A stretch of DNA of 52,540 bases. Origin: a virus (Duplodnaviria > Caudoviricetes). A program made the position numbers and the translations under genes. Of this stretch, positions 35,054 through 45,200 are shown one piece after another (within the stretch, counting starts at the first letter, position 1; every line of letters begins with the position of its first letter). Location of the stretch: the IMG/VR virus record IMGVR_UViG_3300025703_000007, positions 1-52,540 of that record, one strand, 5' to 3'. The notes below the pieces were generated by a model. The model saw only the letters and a program-made list of their open reading frames with translations. It made no database searches and was not told the origin of the DNA.

Positions 35054-35838
35054 AAGCCGTCCTGCGCCTTCGCAAAGAACCGTATTACCGCCGCGCAGCA
35101 TTCGAAGCCGGGCTCAAGCGTGTTGGCTTCGTACTCACCGAAATGAACGAACCAAACGGCCCCGAAGACTGGCGCGTGGTGTGGAACCGGCAAGGCACAG
35201 AAGAACGCGCATGCGATAAATGGGAAGCAGCCGGCGGCACGGTAATCGTTGCTGAAAACGGCTACCTGCAACAGGTCGACAAGACCTACTACGCGATCAG
35301 TGTGCACGGTCACAACGGCTCAGGCTGGTTCCCCGTCGGTAACGAGAATCGATTTCTCAAAACGGGTTTTCACATCCAACCCGAGAAGCCGATCGTCGGG
35401 TCGGTGCTCGTGATCGGTCAGCGGGGGATAGGCTCCCACGCGATGAAGAGCCCGCCGCAATGGGGCGAGCAAACGCTTAAAGCGATCCAGAAGCTAACCA
35501 AGTTTCCAGCGGTTCTAAGACCCCACCCCGGCAACTTCGCTCCCCGAGTACCGCTTGTCTGCGATCTCGCTAAGGCCGCGCAGTGCGTTATCTGGTCAAG
35601 CGCTGCCGGCGTGCGTGCACTCGTGGAGGGGCTCACAGTTTTCTACGCAGCGCCCCGCTGGATTTGCGAAGAGGGCGCGTACTCGTTCAAAGACATTCCG
35701 AAAGTCATCGATCAATCGAATCTCGGTCGTTTAAGCGCTTTGCACACGATGAGCCATGGGCAGTGGCATCACGACGAGATCACGACCGGCGAGCCGTTTG
35801 CTCGCATCATCGCCCAACGGAGTCGAGCTGTATGGTGA
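35050..35838 (+). CDS. KpsC/KpsS-like (GT107-like) glycosyltransferase 1
   Basis: VAENGYL, VLVIGQ, VLRPHP, WSSAAGVRALVEG, QW..DEI..G. Confidence 0.65.
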   Translation: MKAVLRLRKEPYYRRAAFEAGLKRVGFVLTEMNEPNGPEDWRVVWNRQGTEERACDKWEAAGGTVIVAENGYLQQVDKTYYAISVHGHNGSGWFPVGNENRFLKTGFHIQPEKPIVGSVLVIGQRGIGSHAMKSPPQWGEQTLKAIQKLTKFPAVLRPHPGNFAPRVPLVCDLAKAAQCVIWSSAAGVRALVEGLTVFYAAPRWICEEGAYSFKDIPKVIDQSNLGRLSALHTMSHGQWHHDEITTGEPFARIIAQRSRAVW

Positions 35839-36536
35839 TCAAAACCCACCCCGTCGTTGGTAAAGTCAAGTCAGCCAACATCTGCAAGACCTTCATTGAA
35901 GGCGCACCCCCTGATGCTGAAGGTCACGTGTTCTACGGAGTCAACGAAAGCAACGTGACCGAATGGCGTCAGATAAGAGCCCGCGGTGAGCCCTGGTTCT
36001 ACATCGACAACTCGTTTTTCGACAGCGTTCGAGGCTTGCAATTTCGTGTTGCCAAAAATCGTATCCAGACTTATGTCGGAAGCAAACACTCCGATGGCAA
36101 ACGCTTCACAGCCTTGGGCTTAGAGATCAAGCCTTGGGTTATCCGTCCAGAAGGCTACTCACTTGTTATCGAGCAGTCTCCAAGCTTCATGAAGTGCGTG
36201 GCCGACGACCCAAGCTGGCTAAAGCGTATGTTTGAGCAACTGCCGCGGCCGGTCAAAATCCGTCGCTGGTCTCCCGAGAAACTGCGTCAACAATCTACCC
36301 TATTGAAAGACTTCACGGGAACCAAGATGCTTGTGACGCATTCGTCGGCTGCGGCTGTCACTGCATTACTTGAAGGCGTGCCCGTTGGAGTTTCAACAAT
36401 GTCAGCAATCGCTGAAACTCCAACAGGTACTTCACTCGAACAAAGGCAACGAGTTTTAGGCGTGCTTGCAGACAACCAATTCACCTTAGAAGAAATCAAA
36501 GAAGGGAAAGCATGGGCTTTGCTAAACAAATCGTAG
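35832..36536 (+). CDS. KpsC/KpsS-like glycosyltransferase 2
   Basis: YIDNSFF, VTHSSAAAVTALLEGVPV, QFTLEEIKEG; lacks the HP motif. Confidence 0.6.
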   Translation: MVIKTHPVVGKVKSANICKTFIEGAPPDAEGHVFYGVNESNVTEWRQIRARGEPWFYIDNSFFDSVRGLQFRVAKNRIQTYVGSKHSDGKRFTALGLEIKPWVIRPEGYSLVIEQSPSFMKCVADDPSWLKRMFEQLPRPVKIRRWSPEKLRQQSTLLKDFTGTKMLVTHSSAAAVTALLEGVPVGVSTMSAIAETPTGTSLEQRQRVLGVLADNQFTLEEIKEGKAWALLNKS

Positions 36537-37069
36537 AAGGCTGGTTCTCCACAGACGGGCGTCTTGGCGATCGCACACTCGATCAACAAATGAAGGGCCT
36601 TGGGCCGCTGATTGAGCGCGTGCCGGGCAAGACAGTGCTTGACGTGGGGTGTGCTGAGGGGCTCATCGCGATGAAGCTCTATGATGAAGGCGCCTCAGCC
36701 GTGCACGGGCTCGAGATCGTGCCGGGGCATGCCGCCGTAGCAAACAAGCTCCGCGCTGACCGCGGTTGCACGTTCGATGTTGCTGACGCAAACGCCTATA
36801 AGCCGAAACGCAAATACGACATCGTGATCATGCTCGCGATTTTGCATAAACTGACGGACCCAACCGCGGCTTGCAAACGTTTTGCTTCTGCCGCGCGCGA
36901 GCTTGTTGTGCTTCGGTTGCCGCCGCGCACAGCGCCGGTTATCGTCGACCGCCGCTCGGGTAATTACTCGCATGACATGGAAGCCGCGCTTGAGACATGC
37001 GGGTTTTTTCTCACGCGCAAAACTCTAGGCCACATGGAAGAATGGGTAGGATTTTTTGAAAAGGGTTGA
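36512..37069 (+). CDS. Class I SAM-dependent methyltransferase
   Basis: VLDVGCAEG, GLE, YDIVIMLAILH. Confidence 0.85.
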   Translation: MGFAKQIVEGWFSTDGRLGDRTLDQQMKGLGPLIERVPGKTVLDVGCAEGLIAMKLYDEGASAVHGLEIVPGHAAVANKLRADRGCTFDVADANAYKPKRKYDIVIMLAILHKLTDPTAACKRFASAARELVVLRLPPRTAPVIVDRRSGNYSHDMEAALETCGFFLTRKTLGHMEEWVGFFEKG

Positions 37070-37590
37070 TCGTGTCAAATCTGGTCCCGCTCTACCGTGA
37101 GATGGCCGAAGGCGGGGAGCAGTTTCATGGGCTTTCAATCCTTCAGCACGCCAAGTCAATCGGGCGCCTTCTCAAAGAATACGACGTGAGCACAGTACTT
37201 GACTTCGGGTGCGGCCGCGGAGACGCCTACCGATCGCCGCACAAGCTTCACCATGAGTGGGGGCTCAAGCGTATCGATGTCGCACTCTACGATCCGGCCT
37301 TCAGCCGTCACGATCACTTACCTGAGCGGCGCTTCAGCGCGGTACTCTGCAGTGATGTGCTCGAGCACATCCCTGAAGAGAACGTGAACGACTTCATTGG
37401 TGGCCTATTTAAACGGGCGAAGAGGTTGGTATGGGCGAGCGTATGCTGCCGGCCGGCCAAAAAGACATTCCCCCAGAATGGCGAAAACCTCCACGTCACT
37501 GTGCAACCGCTCGAATGGTGGCAAGAACGTTTCAAAGCAGTGAGTACGTTTTTCCCCGGCATTACTTACGTGCTCGTTGAGACACCGTAA
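37066..37590 (+). CDS. Class I SAM-dependent methyltransferase
   Basis: VLDFGCGRG, YDP, CSDVLEHIPE, NLHVTV..WW. Confidence 0.85.
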   Translation: MIVSNLVPLYREMAEGGEQFHGLSILQHAKSIGRLLKEYDVSTVLDFGCGRGDAYRSPHKLHHEWGLKRIDVALYDPAFSRHDHLPERRFSAVLCSDVLEHIPEENVNDFIGGLFKRAKRLVWASVCCRPAKKTFPQNGENLHVTVQPLEWWQERFKAVSTFFPGITYVLVETP

Positions 37591-38346
37591 GTGGGCATCG
37601 GTGATGAATTGATGGCCGCAGGTGAAGCACGCTTGCGTCATGAAGCTACCCTCCTGCCCGTGGTGATCGTCGACCGCCACGGGCGTCCCCGTTGGTCTGA
37701 AGTTTGGGAGAACAACCCTTACATTCTTCGCTATCGGCCACCTGGTGCGCACAACACGCTTGTCAATGGAGGTGGCGTACGGCCCTACATCGTTGGCAAA
37801 GGTGTCACCAAATGGTTTTGGAAAAAATACAAACCGATACCTGCTGAATTTTTCTTCACCAAGGCTGAGCTTGCTTTTGCAGAACCTTACCGTGGCTCAA
37901 TCATGATCGAGCCCAGCGTCAAAGCGGTCGGGCACGATAACAAAGCGTGGCTGACGGACCGCTGGAATTATCTCGCGCATGCCATTGCAATTGACATGAA
38001 ACAGCGGATTGTGCAATGTGTGCCAAGCGGTCATGCCACGTTGCCAAACACTGAAACCGTGTTGACCCCAACATTCCGGCTTGCTGCTGCTGTGCAGTCT
38101 GTTTGTGCAGCCTACATCGGCACTGAAGGTGGCTTGCATCACGCGGCAGCGGCGAATAAGACGCCAGCCGTTATTCTTTGGGCAGAGTTTATTGACCCAA
38201 GTATCACGGGATACACTACGATGATTAACCTGCGGCACGCTCACAAGGTGTGTGGCTACCGCGTACGTTGTAGCGGGTGTCGGAAGTCGATGGAAGCGAT
38301 CACAGTAAGCGAAGTGGTCAGTGCTTTAAAGAGGATTTTGAAATGA
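37591..38346 (+). CDS. GT9 heptosyltransferase-like glycosyltransferase
   Basis: GIGDELM, ENNPYI, K.W...RW, YIGTEGGLHHAAAA..PAVILW, C-terminal Cys cluster and ITVSEV. Confidence 0.75.
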   Translation: MGIGDELMAAGEARLRHEATLLPVVIVDRHGRPRWSEVWENNPYILRYRPPGAHNTLVNGGGVRPYIVGKGVTKWFWKKYKPIPAEFFFTKAELAFAEPYRGSIMIEPSVKAVGHDNKAWLTDRWNYLAHAIAIDMKQRIVQCVPSGHATLPNTETVLTPTFRLAAAVQSVCAAYIGTEGGLHHAAAANKTPAVILWAEFIDPSITGYTTMINLRHAHKVCGYRVRCSGCRKSMEAITVSEVVSALKRILK

Positions 38347-39020
38347 AAAAAATAGGCGATTGGTACTGGCCCGATCACGAACGTCACCTCATCGACTGGA
38401 TGGCAGCACCGAAGAACAAAACCGTGATTCTCAACGGCCGCATCGCTTATCAAGGCCGCAAGCAAATTCTCGCGCTCGATCAAATCCCCGGCGATCGCCG
38501 CCGCACAATGATCGACGTGGGCGCCCACTCGGGAACCTGGTCCTACAACTTCGCGCATTGGTTTGATCACGTCGAAGCATTCGAACCTGTGATTGCCCAC
38601 CGCGAATGTTTTGAAGCCAACACAGCACCCGTCAAAGGCAAGATCACGCTGAATCCGTTCGCGCTTGGGGACCGCGGCGCAATGGTCTCAATCGTGACTG
38701 AAACCGGCAGCAGCGGCAATTCAATGGTCTCAGTGTCCGGCAAAGGCACTGTCGAAATGCGCACACTCGACAGCTTCGAATTTCAGGATGTCGACTTCAT
38801 CAAAATTGACGTTGAAGGCTACGAGGAATTTGTGCTGCGCGGAGCTGAGCGCACGATTAAAAAATGGAAGCCGGTGATTTGTGTCGAGCAGAAACGCGAC
38901 ATGTCGATGCGCTTTGGTCTCAAACAACTCGGCGCGTTGAAGTGGCTTTACACCCTAGGAATTGGTTACGAAACCGTGGCCGAAAGCTCAGGCGATTTCA
39001 TTCTCAAGGTGAAGGCATGA
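38343..39020 (+). CDS. FkbM-family O-methyltransferase
   Basis: IDVGAHSG, AFEP, ALG, TLDS, FIKIDVEGYE..VLRGA..TI...KPVICVE. Confidence 0.88.
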   Translation: MKKIGDWYWPDHERHLIDWMAAPKNKTVILNGRIAYQGRKQILALDQIPGDRRRTMIDVGAHSGTWSYNFAHWFDHVEAFEPVIAHRECFEANTAPVKGKITLNPFALGDRGAMVSIVTETGSSGNSMVSVSGKGTVEMRTLDSFEFQDVDFIKIDVEGYEEFVLRGAERTIKKWKPVICVEQKRDMSMRFGLKQLGALKWLYTLGIGYETVAESSGDFILKVKA

Positions 39021-39718
39021 GAGTTTTCATCGGTCACGATGAACGTGAAGCCGAAGCTGCTGAAGTCGCAGCGAAGAGCTTGCGCAAAGTCACTCACGGT
39101 GAGATCGAGCCTGAATTCTTGTGCATGCCTAAGCTCGTTGCACAAGGTCTCTTGAGCCAGCGCGTTGTTGACCAACGAGATGGCCAAGATTACGACCTTG
39201 CGAGCAACGCGCCGCAGTCCACGCGCTTCGCAATCTCACGCTTCTTAACCCCGGTCATTTGCCAAAACGGCCTTGCGCTCTTCGTCGATGCCGATGTAGT
39301 GTTTCTAGAAGACCCGCGCAACATGTTGTGGGGCGTCACCGCTGAGCATGCGGTGGGCGTTGTGCAGCACAGTCAAGGTACTGTCACCCCCTACAAAATG
39401 GTCAACCAGGTGCAGACCTCTTATGCCCGAAAAAATTGGTCGAGTGTGATGCTTTTCAACTGCGATCACGCGGCTAATCGACGGCTGTCACTGCGTGACA
39501 TCAACGAACGCCCCGGCCGCGACTTGCATGCGTTTTACTGGCTGCATGACCACGAGCTCGGCAACCTTGCGCGTTGCTGGAATTGGCTCGTAAACGTAGA
39601 ACCGAAACCAGACAACGGAGTCGGTGTCGCGCACTTCACGCTCGGAGGACCGTGGCTTGAAGGTTGGAAAGGCGCACCGCATGACGATATGTGGCTTGCT
39701 GCTAGGGATGCCCTATGA
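39017..39718 (+). CDS. GT-A fold glycosyltransferase (GT8-related)
   Basis: VFIGHD, STRFAISRFL.P, DAD, RKNWSSVML, WNWL, HFTLGGPW. Confidence 0.8.
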   Translation: MRVFIGHDEREAEAAEVAAKSLRKVTHGEIEPEFLCMPKLVAQGLLSQRVVDQRDGQDYDLASNAPQSTRFAISRFLTPVICQNGLALFVDADVVFLEDPRNMLWGVTAEHAVGVVQHSQGTVTPYKMVNQVQTSYARKNWSSVMLFNCDHAANRRLSLRDINERPGRDLHAFYWLHDHELGNLARCWNWLVNVEPKPDNGVGVAHFTLGGPWLEGWKGAPHDDMWLAARDAL

Positions 39719-39960
39719 GCGGCACGTTGCATATTTTCGAGCAGCCTCGCAAGTTGGTCCCTGACCTCGCAAAGCGCTTGCGCGACTTGGCTGACAAGGT
39801 TGACCAAAATACAGTAACGGGGCTCGCAATCGTGTTCGAAACTCAAGACGTCACGCGTTTTATTTACGATGAAGGCGCATCCCACGAAAGCCTCACACTT
39901 GCTGTGATGCTACAACACCATTTGCTCAAAACTATCTTCACCGACGGGGGCGATACATGA
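39715..39960 (+). CDS. Hypothetical protein
   Basis: 81 aa, coupled at both ends. Confidence 0.55.
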   Translation: MSGTLHIFEQPRKLVPDLAKRLRDLADKVDQNTVTGLAIVFETQDVTRFIYDEGASHESLTLAVMLQHHLLKTIFTDGGDT

Positions 39961-40157
39961 CCAAACTTACCGCAGCCAAACGCAAAGCGCTTCCAAAGTC
40001 TGACTTTGGACTCCCTGACAAGAAAGCCTACCCAATGCCTGACAAGAGTCACGCGGCAAACGCAAAAGCTCGAGCGAGTCAAGCGGTCAACGCCGGCCGC
40101 ATGAGTAAGAGCACTGAAGCAAAAATCGATGCCAAAGCAAACAAAAAGCTGAAATGA
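39957..40157 (+). CDS. Small basic protein (DUF6582-like)
   Basis: LTAAKRKALPKSDFGLP..AYPMPDKSHAANA. Confidence 0.7.
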   Translation: MTKLTAAKRKALPKSDFGLPDKKAYPMPDKSHAANAKARASQAVNAGRMSKSTEAKIDAKANKKLK

Positions 40158-40186
40158 AAAAGCCGCTCGAAAGCGGCTTTTCTTTT
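40157..40186. terminator. Bidirectional terminator between convergent operons
   Basis: A5-GCCGCT-CGAA-AGCGGC-T-rich. Confidence 0.85.
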
Positions 40187-40199
40187 GGCTGAAGGTCTC

Positions 40200-40517
40200 T
40201 CAGGTCGGAGATGGCGCAGCCGGAACCGGGGCCGCAGGCGTGTTTACTGCCACGGCTGCGGCGAGAGCCGTACTTTGGGTCTGGATATCGCTTGTGAGGG
40301 CTGCAAGCGCATCAGCATCGGTGCCAGCGGCGGCAAGCTGCGCAGCAAAACCATTGATCAACACGAGTGCTGAAGCGATAACGGTATCTTCTGCAGCAAC
40401 CGCAGCTTGAAGGTCAGTAATTTGGGTCATGATTTCTCCGCGAATTTTTAGGATGAAAAGAACATTGGCGACCGTGAAAACCAGCGTGGTCGCGAGAAGA
40501 ACACTGTTAGGCACCAT
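40200..40517 (-). CDS. Ala-rich coiled-coil protein in lysis cassette
   Basis: N-terminal hydrophobic segment; internal GGAG RBS start at 40430 (MTQITDLQ). Confidence 0.55.
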   Translation of the reverse strand: MVPNSVLLATTLVFTVANVLFILKIRGEIMTQITDLQAAVAAEDTVIASALVLINGFAAQLAAAGTDADALAALTSDIQTQSTALAAAVAVNTPAAPVPAAPSPT

Positions 40518-40526
40518 GTCGGCATT

Positions 40527-41033
40527 CTACGGGACGGGCGGCGTCAATGCGTCGTAGGAGCGCTCGCAGCCGACGCCGCGTTCGTAGGACTCGTCAGCAA
40601 ATTGAGCGATGACTGCGCTTTCAGCCTCACATTGTCCGAGCATGTCGGCAAGCATATTGACGGTCGGGCCAGTTGTCTGAATTGCTGAGGGAGCACCGGC
40701 AGGCTTACTTGAGGCACTATGACTGATCTTGGCGAGCTGACTGCGCAACTTATCAACAACGTCGCCGGCAGCAGAGGCAGCAGCTTCAGCAGCCGTGATC
40801 CTTGGTGTTTGGTCATCAATGACTTTCTTGAGGTCGTCGATGACCTCATTCGCATGCTTAACCGCATCCTTTAAAGCTTTTGCTTCATCTGCAGCGTCTT
40901 GAGCCTTCACCGCAACCAAAGCAGCGTTTGCGACGTGCACCGCATGACGCTCATAGAGCAGTCCAGCGCTGGCCGCAATAAGCAACCAAGTGGACAACGA
41001 AAAGCCCCGCAGAAGCAACAAGAAAGCGGTCAT
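40527..41033 (-). CDS. DUF2514/Rz-like spanin component
   Basis: N-terminal TM, coiled coil, LADMLG...FADESYERGVGCERSYDAL. Confidence 0.7.
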   Translation of the reverse strand: MTAFLLLLRGFSLSTWLLIAASAGLLYERHAVHVANAALVAVKAQDAADEAKALKDAVKHANEVIDDLKKVIDDQTPRITAAEAAASAAGDVVDKLRSQLAKISHSASSKPAGAPSAIQTTGPTVNMLADMLGQCEAESAVIAQFADESYERGVGCERSYDALTPPVP

Positions 41034-41833
41034 GCAAAACCGCTCGATCTTTGCTTCCATCGCCACCAGCATGCCACTCCGGCCGCGATGATCGCGATCG
41101 GGCAAAACACTTCCACGGGCGTGAGATCGAATTCAGCAAGTAGCCCTTTGACACCTTGGGTTGCTGTCGTGATTTGTGTAACTGCTGTATTGGCCTTATC
41201 GGCTTGGTCACCGAGGTTCGAGAGCAGCGGCACGGCTGCGGCAACGCCGGCCGTAATCGAGCTGACATTGATTGGGCTGCGTGCAAGGCTCGACTCAGGC
41301 GCTACGGCTTGAGGTGTGTCTTGGCTTATGGCGCCTGTTTCATCCGGTATCGGCGTTAAGTAGAGCGCTTTTTCTTGCGCGCGGCGTAGCGTCAAACCCG
41401 GAGACACAACGAGTTGTTTCGTCTTTGGGTCACGATACTCATTCCACAGCCCAAAAGCTCGCGCAGCGTTATCGAAGTTGCCAAGGTTGTGCTGCTTCAG
41501 CATGGTCGAGCCGCGCATCGCCTCGAGCCCGATGTTGTAGTCACAGCTCACGAGCCCGGCAAGCTGATTCACGTTCGGCGCACGTGTGCACATGGCTTTC
41601 GTCGCAGTCGTGTACGCCGTCAACTGCTCACATAACTTTGCGTCAGCCTGCTCTTTGCTCCATGCCATACCTTCATGGATACCTTCAGTTTCGCCCCACC
41701 CGAGAGTTAAAACCCCCGCTTCGCACGGGTATGCAACGAGCCGTAACCCCTCTCGCATTGCGATAAGCACCACACCGGCCCACTCGATCGGCCACGGCAG
41801 GCTTGGATCGGGCAGTACTTGTTCACTTGTCAT
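41030..41833 (-). CDS. Endolysin (GH24 lysozyme) with C-terminal membrane segment
   Basis: EGLRLVAYPCEAGVLTLGWGET (E-x8-C-x5-T), YNIG, GLTLRRAQEKALY; C-terminal hydrophobic helix then WWRWKQR. Confidence 0.85.
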   Translation of the reverse strand: MTSEQVLPDPSLPWPIEWAGVVLIAMREGLRLVAYPCEAGVLTLGWGETEGIHEGMAWSKEQADAKLCEQLTAYTTATKAMCTRAPNVNQLAGLVSCDYNIGLEAMRGSTMLKQHNLGNFDNAARAFGLWNEYRDPKTKQLVVSPGLTLRRAQEKALYLTPIPDETGAISQDTPQAVAPESSLARSPINVSSITAGVAAAVPLLSNLGDQADKANTAVTQITTATQGVKGLLAEFDLTPVEVFCPIAIIAAGVACWWRWKQRSSGFA

Positions 41834-42207
41834 CGCCTAGACCCTCCGCTCGCAGATTGAGCTTTGAGCACTGCAAGGCTTTGCTTGACATCGCTCATGT
41901 CAGCTTTCATCGTTTTCATGTCGTCACGAAAGTCACTGAAAGCTGCTTTCACATCTTCGCGATCGCGATCTGCGTCATGCTTGACTTGCTCAATATCAGC
42001 ATGCGTCTGCGCACGGTCCTCACGGTAGGTGCCGTAAGCCATCGAAGCTCCAATGACGATTGCCCCAAGCTGCAGCAGCGTCCCCGTTGAAACCGTGGGG
42101 TCGAAACGAAAAAGCTTGCGCACGCCAGTGCGGCCGTCACGCATGTCTCCCGAACGTTTAGTGTGCTCCAGAGGAGCTCGGTCTGAATCATCCATGAAAC
42201 TGCTCAC
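41830..42207 (-). CDS. Putative holin/antiholin
   Basis: Single TM then coiled coil; ATGA overlap with endolysin. Confidence 0.5.
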   Translation of the reverse strand: MSSFMDDSDRAPLEHTKRSGDMRDGRTGVRKLFRFDPTVSTGTLLQLGAIVIGASMAYGTYREDRAQTHADIEQVKHDADRDREDVKAAFSDFRDDMKTMKADMSDVKQSLAVLKAQSASGGSRR

Positions 42208-45200
42208 TGAGTCGGTCTAGAGCGCAACGCAGCACGTGCTGCGATCGGCGGCAACGTCGCCATGAAACGGCGATGCTCATCTTTTGGAATACCCATTTGC
42301 AAAGGCTTATTCATGCTCGGCAAGTCTCCTTTCGAAGCTTTTCTCAACGCAGAAACAGCCATCGTGCGAATCAAGTCTGCATCAGCTCGGTTGCCGAGAG
42401 TTGTGCCAAAGTGTTCGTAAAAGAAAGCACGCACCTCATTGATCAACCTGCGCACAAACGGCAAATCGGGGTGATTTTCAACCAAGTGCGCAGCCACTTC
42501 GCACAAGAAATTCGGATCACCTTCAGTGAGCCCCGTGGCTGAGTCCTTGCCGATGTAGCTAGCCTTCACAGTGTTCCACGCCTCTTTGACTTCAGCATCG
42601 CCGCGGGCGTGCTGCTGAGCCAGTTCCTTGAGCATCGTGTAATAACGGTCTGGTCCAAGCAAACGCATCGTGCCGAAATGCTCACCAAGCTCGTGCATGA
42701 GAATGGCCGGCGCCTCAGCGGCATTCACGCGGTCGTAATAGAGCGTCGCAGCCGGCCGGCCGCGCTCACGCATTACAGCCTTGACGCCAGCTTTGCGGCC
42801 TGTCATACCCTCTGCCGCGCTGTTGGCGTACTTCAGCACACCTTGGTCCTGCAGACCTTGAATTAGCTTGTCACCAAATTTGTCGCGCAACACGTTGTCG
42901 AGAACGGCCGGCGACCCCACCGGTTTTGATGTTTGACCTGTTTGCTTGAAGAGGGGCACGCCGCCCTCTTTGAGGTAGTTCAAAACCTCTTGCTTGGTGA
43001 CTTGCTTGCCTTGGGCTTTCAACCAGTCGTTGACGCCTGACCACTCGATTTCTTCAGGCTTCACGCCCTTCAATCCGCGCAAGATATTGCCCCAATCGTT
43101 GGGGGTGCCCTTGCCCTGTTTCAAATTCTCGACAGCGCGACTCAGCGGCGAGTAGAACGTTTGGGCTTTTTTCTTTTCGAGGCTGTAGGCTTCGTCGGTG
43201 CTTTTTTCACCGACTTTTTGCTGTACACCACGGGGCTGATCACGAGATTCGGGGTTAGCGCCATTCTGGTCTCCTACGTCGTTTGTGACTTGTCGCCCGG
43301 CAGCGTTTGCGGGCCGACTCCCGGATTCGGTCGATCGAGCGCCGTCGGCCCCGGGCTGTTGCTCGGCGGCGCGAACTGCTGAAACGGGGTTACGTTCGAG
43401 GTTTGCTTCTGCACCGCGCTGGGCGGCTGAAACTGCCCCGTCACCCCCAAGTTCGCCAGAAACGGGTGTACTCCCCGACTGCGTGTCGGTTGCACGCTCG
43501 GCTCGAACGGGTGCAGCGGCGTCGCCCCCAGTATCCGCGCCGCCGGCTGAAACGGTTTTGCCGGCGACTGCGGAAGCGCCGGCATCGCTTTGGCCGCTGC
43601 TAGCAGCGCGCTGGGTTTCATTCTCACGATTCTTTCCTTCGTCGATGATGTCTGCAATCGCGCGATCAAACGCGCGCGGGCTGCGCTCGTGCTGCTGCAC
43701 AGCCGCTTCTGTAGCATCGGCGTCGTAGCGCAAAGCTTGAGCAACATTACGTGCTCGACCAGCGTCATCGTCACCAAGTCGGAATTGTGCACGCCATGCG
43801 CGCTCAGCCTTCACATATTCTTCAGGCGAAAGCTCGGTTGCTTCACCGGTTTCAACCGGTGGCTCGGCGGCTTCGACATGCTCCGGTTCAATTTCCGTGG
43901 CCTCGCCGGCCCGGATCGGAGGCGGCGGCGCGCGCGCTGGCTTCACCTGCTCCGGTTCAATTTCCGTGGCCTCACCGGTTTCGATCGGCGGCTCAGCAGG
44001 TTCAACCTGCTCCGGGGCAATCTCAGTGGCCTCGCCGGCCGGGGGCTCGAACTGCTCGCGTGCTTCAGCCACGGGCAACGGCGCTTTCGGTGCCTCAGCT
44101 TTGATCTCAGGCTGACCCTCCACGGCTTTGCCGACGGGAATAGGCTCGGTGCCGCGCAACTTGTCAGCCTGCTTGAGTAAGCGAGCCTGCAGAGCTGAGT
44201 CTGACGTTTGGCGGGCCGCGGTCTCCATGGCTGCGGCATCGCTCTCCGTTGCCGCGGCTGCCGCCTGCTTATCGGCTTCGACTTTGAGCGCTTTGACGTG
44301 GTCTTGCACTACCTGCTTGACCGCGAGCGGCTGCGTTGGGTCAGCAAGTATTTCCTGCGCGGCAGCGAAGCTTGGTCCTGCCCCCGCGGGTGCTTCAGGC
44401 GGCGGCATCGGGGGCGGTGTTGACGGACCCCCGGAATCGCCGCCACTTGCTGTCGGTGGCGTGACATCAGGTTCAACATCGTCGGCTGCTCGTGCAGTAC
44501 CCCGAAGTGCGCGACGGACCATAGCACGCGCAACAGCCGGGCCAGCGCGGTTGTAAATGTTCGCGGCAAGAAACGGCAGCGCGACACTCGCGCCATGCGT
44601 AGGGCCGGCTGCGGCGCCCGCGGCACCAAAAGCGGCTGCTTTCTCACCGAGGTGATAAAGCAACTGGCGTTCGGCAGTGCCAGATGTGCCCGGTTCCTGC
44701 AGCAGCTTACCGAAAGTCGCGAGATCACCAAGAGACCCGGCGTTGCCTTTTGCAACACGGCTCTTTCCGGCTTTCGTGTTGGTAAGCACACTCAGCAATG
44801 ACGACGGCGGGATTACACCCCCGTTCGACACGTTCGCAGCCACCAACGGCTCGATCGTTTTGCCGATCGCGTATTGCTGCCGCGCAGCCTGAAAAGCATC
44901 GGTGTCGTCATCGCTTAGATTGCGCTGCAGACCATCCATCCAGATGTCTTGCAAATCCGAGAGCGGCCCGCGCAGCGCCGGATCAGAAGTGTTTCGAATT
45001 TGCGTGCTCAGTTTCGTATTGAGTTTGCGCCACACATCACCTGGGATCACCCCATCGTCGTCGCCGGCCGCGGCTTTGAATTGGTCGATGTACTTATCGG
45101 TGACGGCTTGCACCTCAGGCACATCGGTTTGATCTTTTTGGAAACTGTCGAGCGCGTCTGTAAGCTTGGCGTCAAGCGGCACCGGGGTGCTGTCGGCAAT

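Noticed and set aside
34469-39718. DNA hypermodification as the primary reading, or DNA methyltransferases
   Set aside because: No enzyme seen that creates a hydroxymethyl handle, and no DPPY/NPPY or PC catalytic motifs; kept only as an alternative
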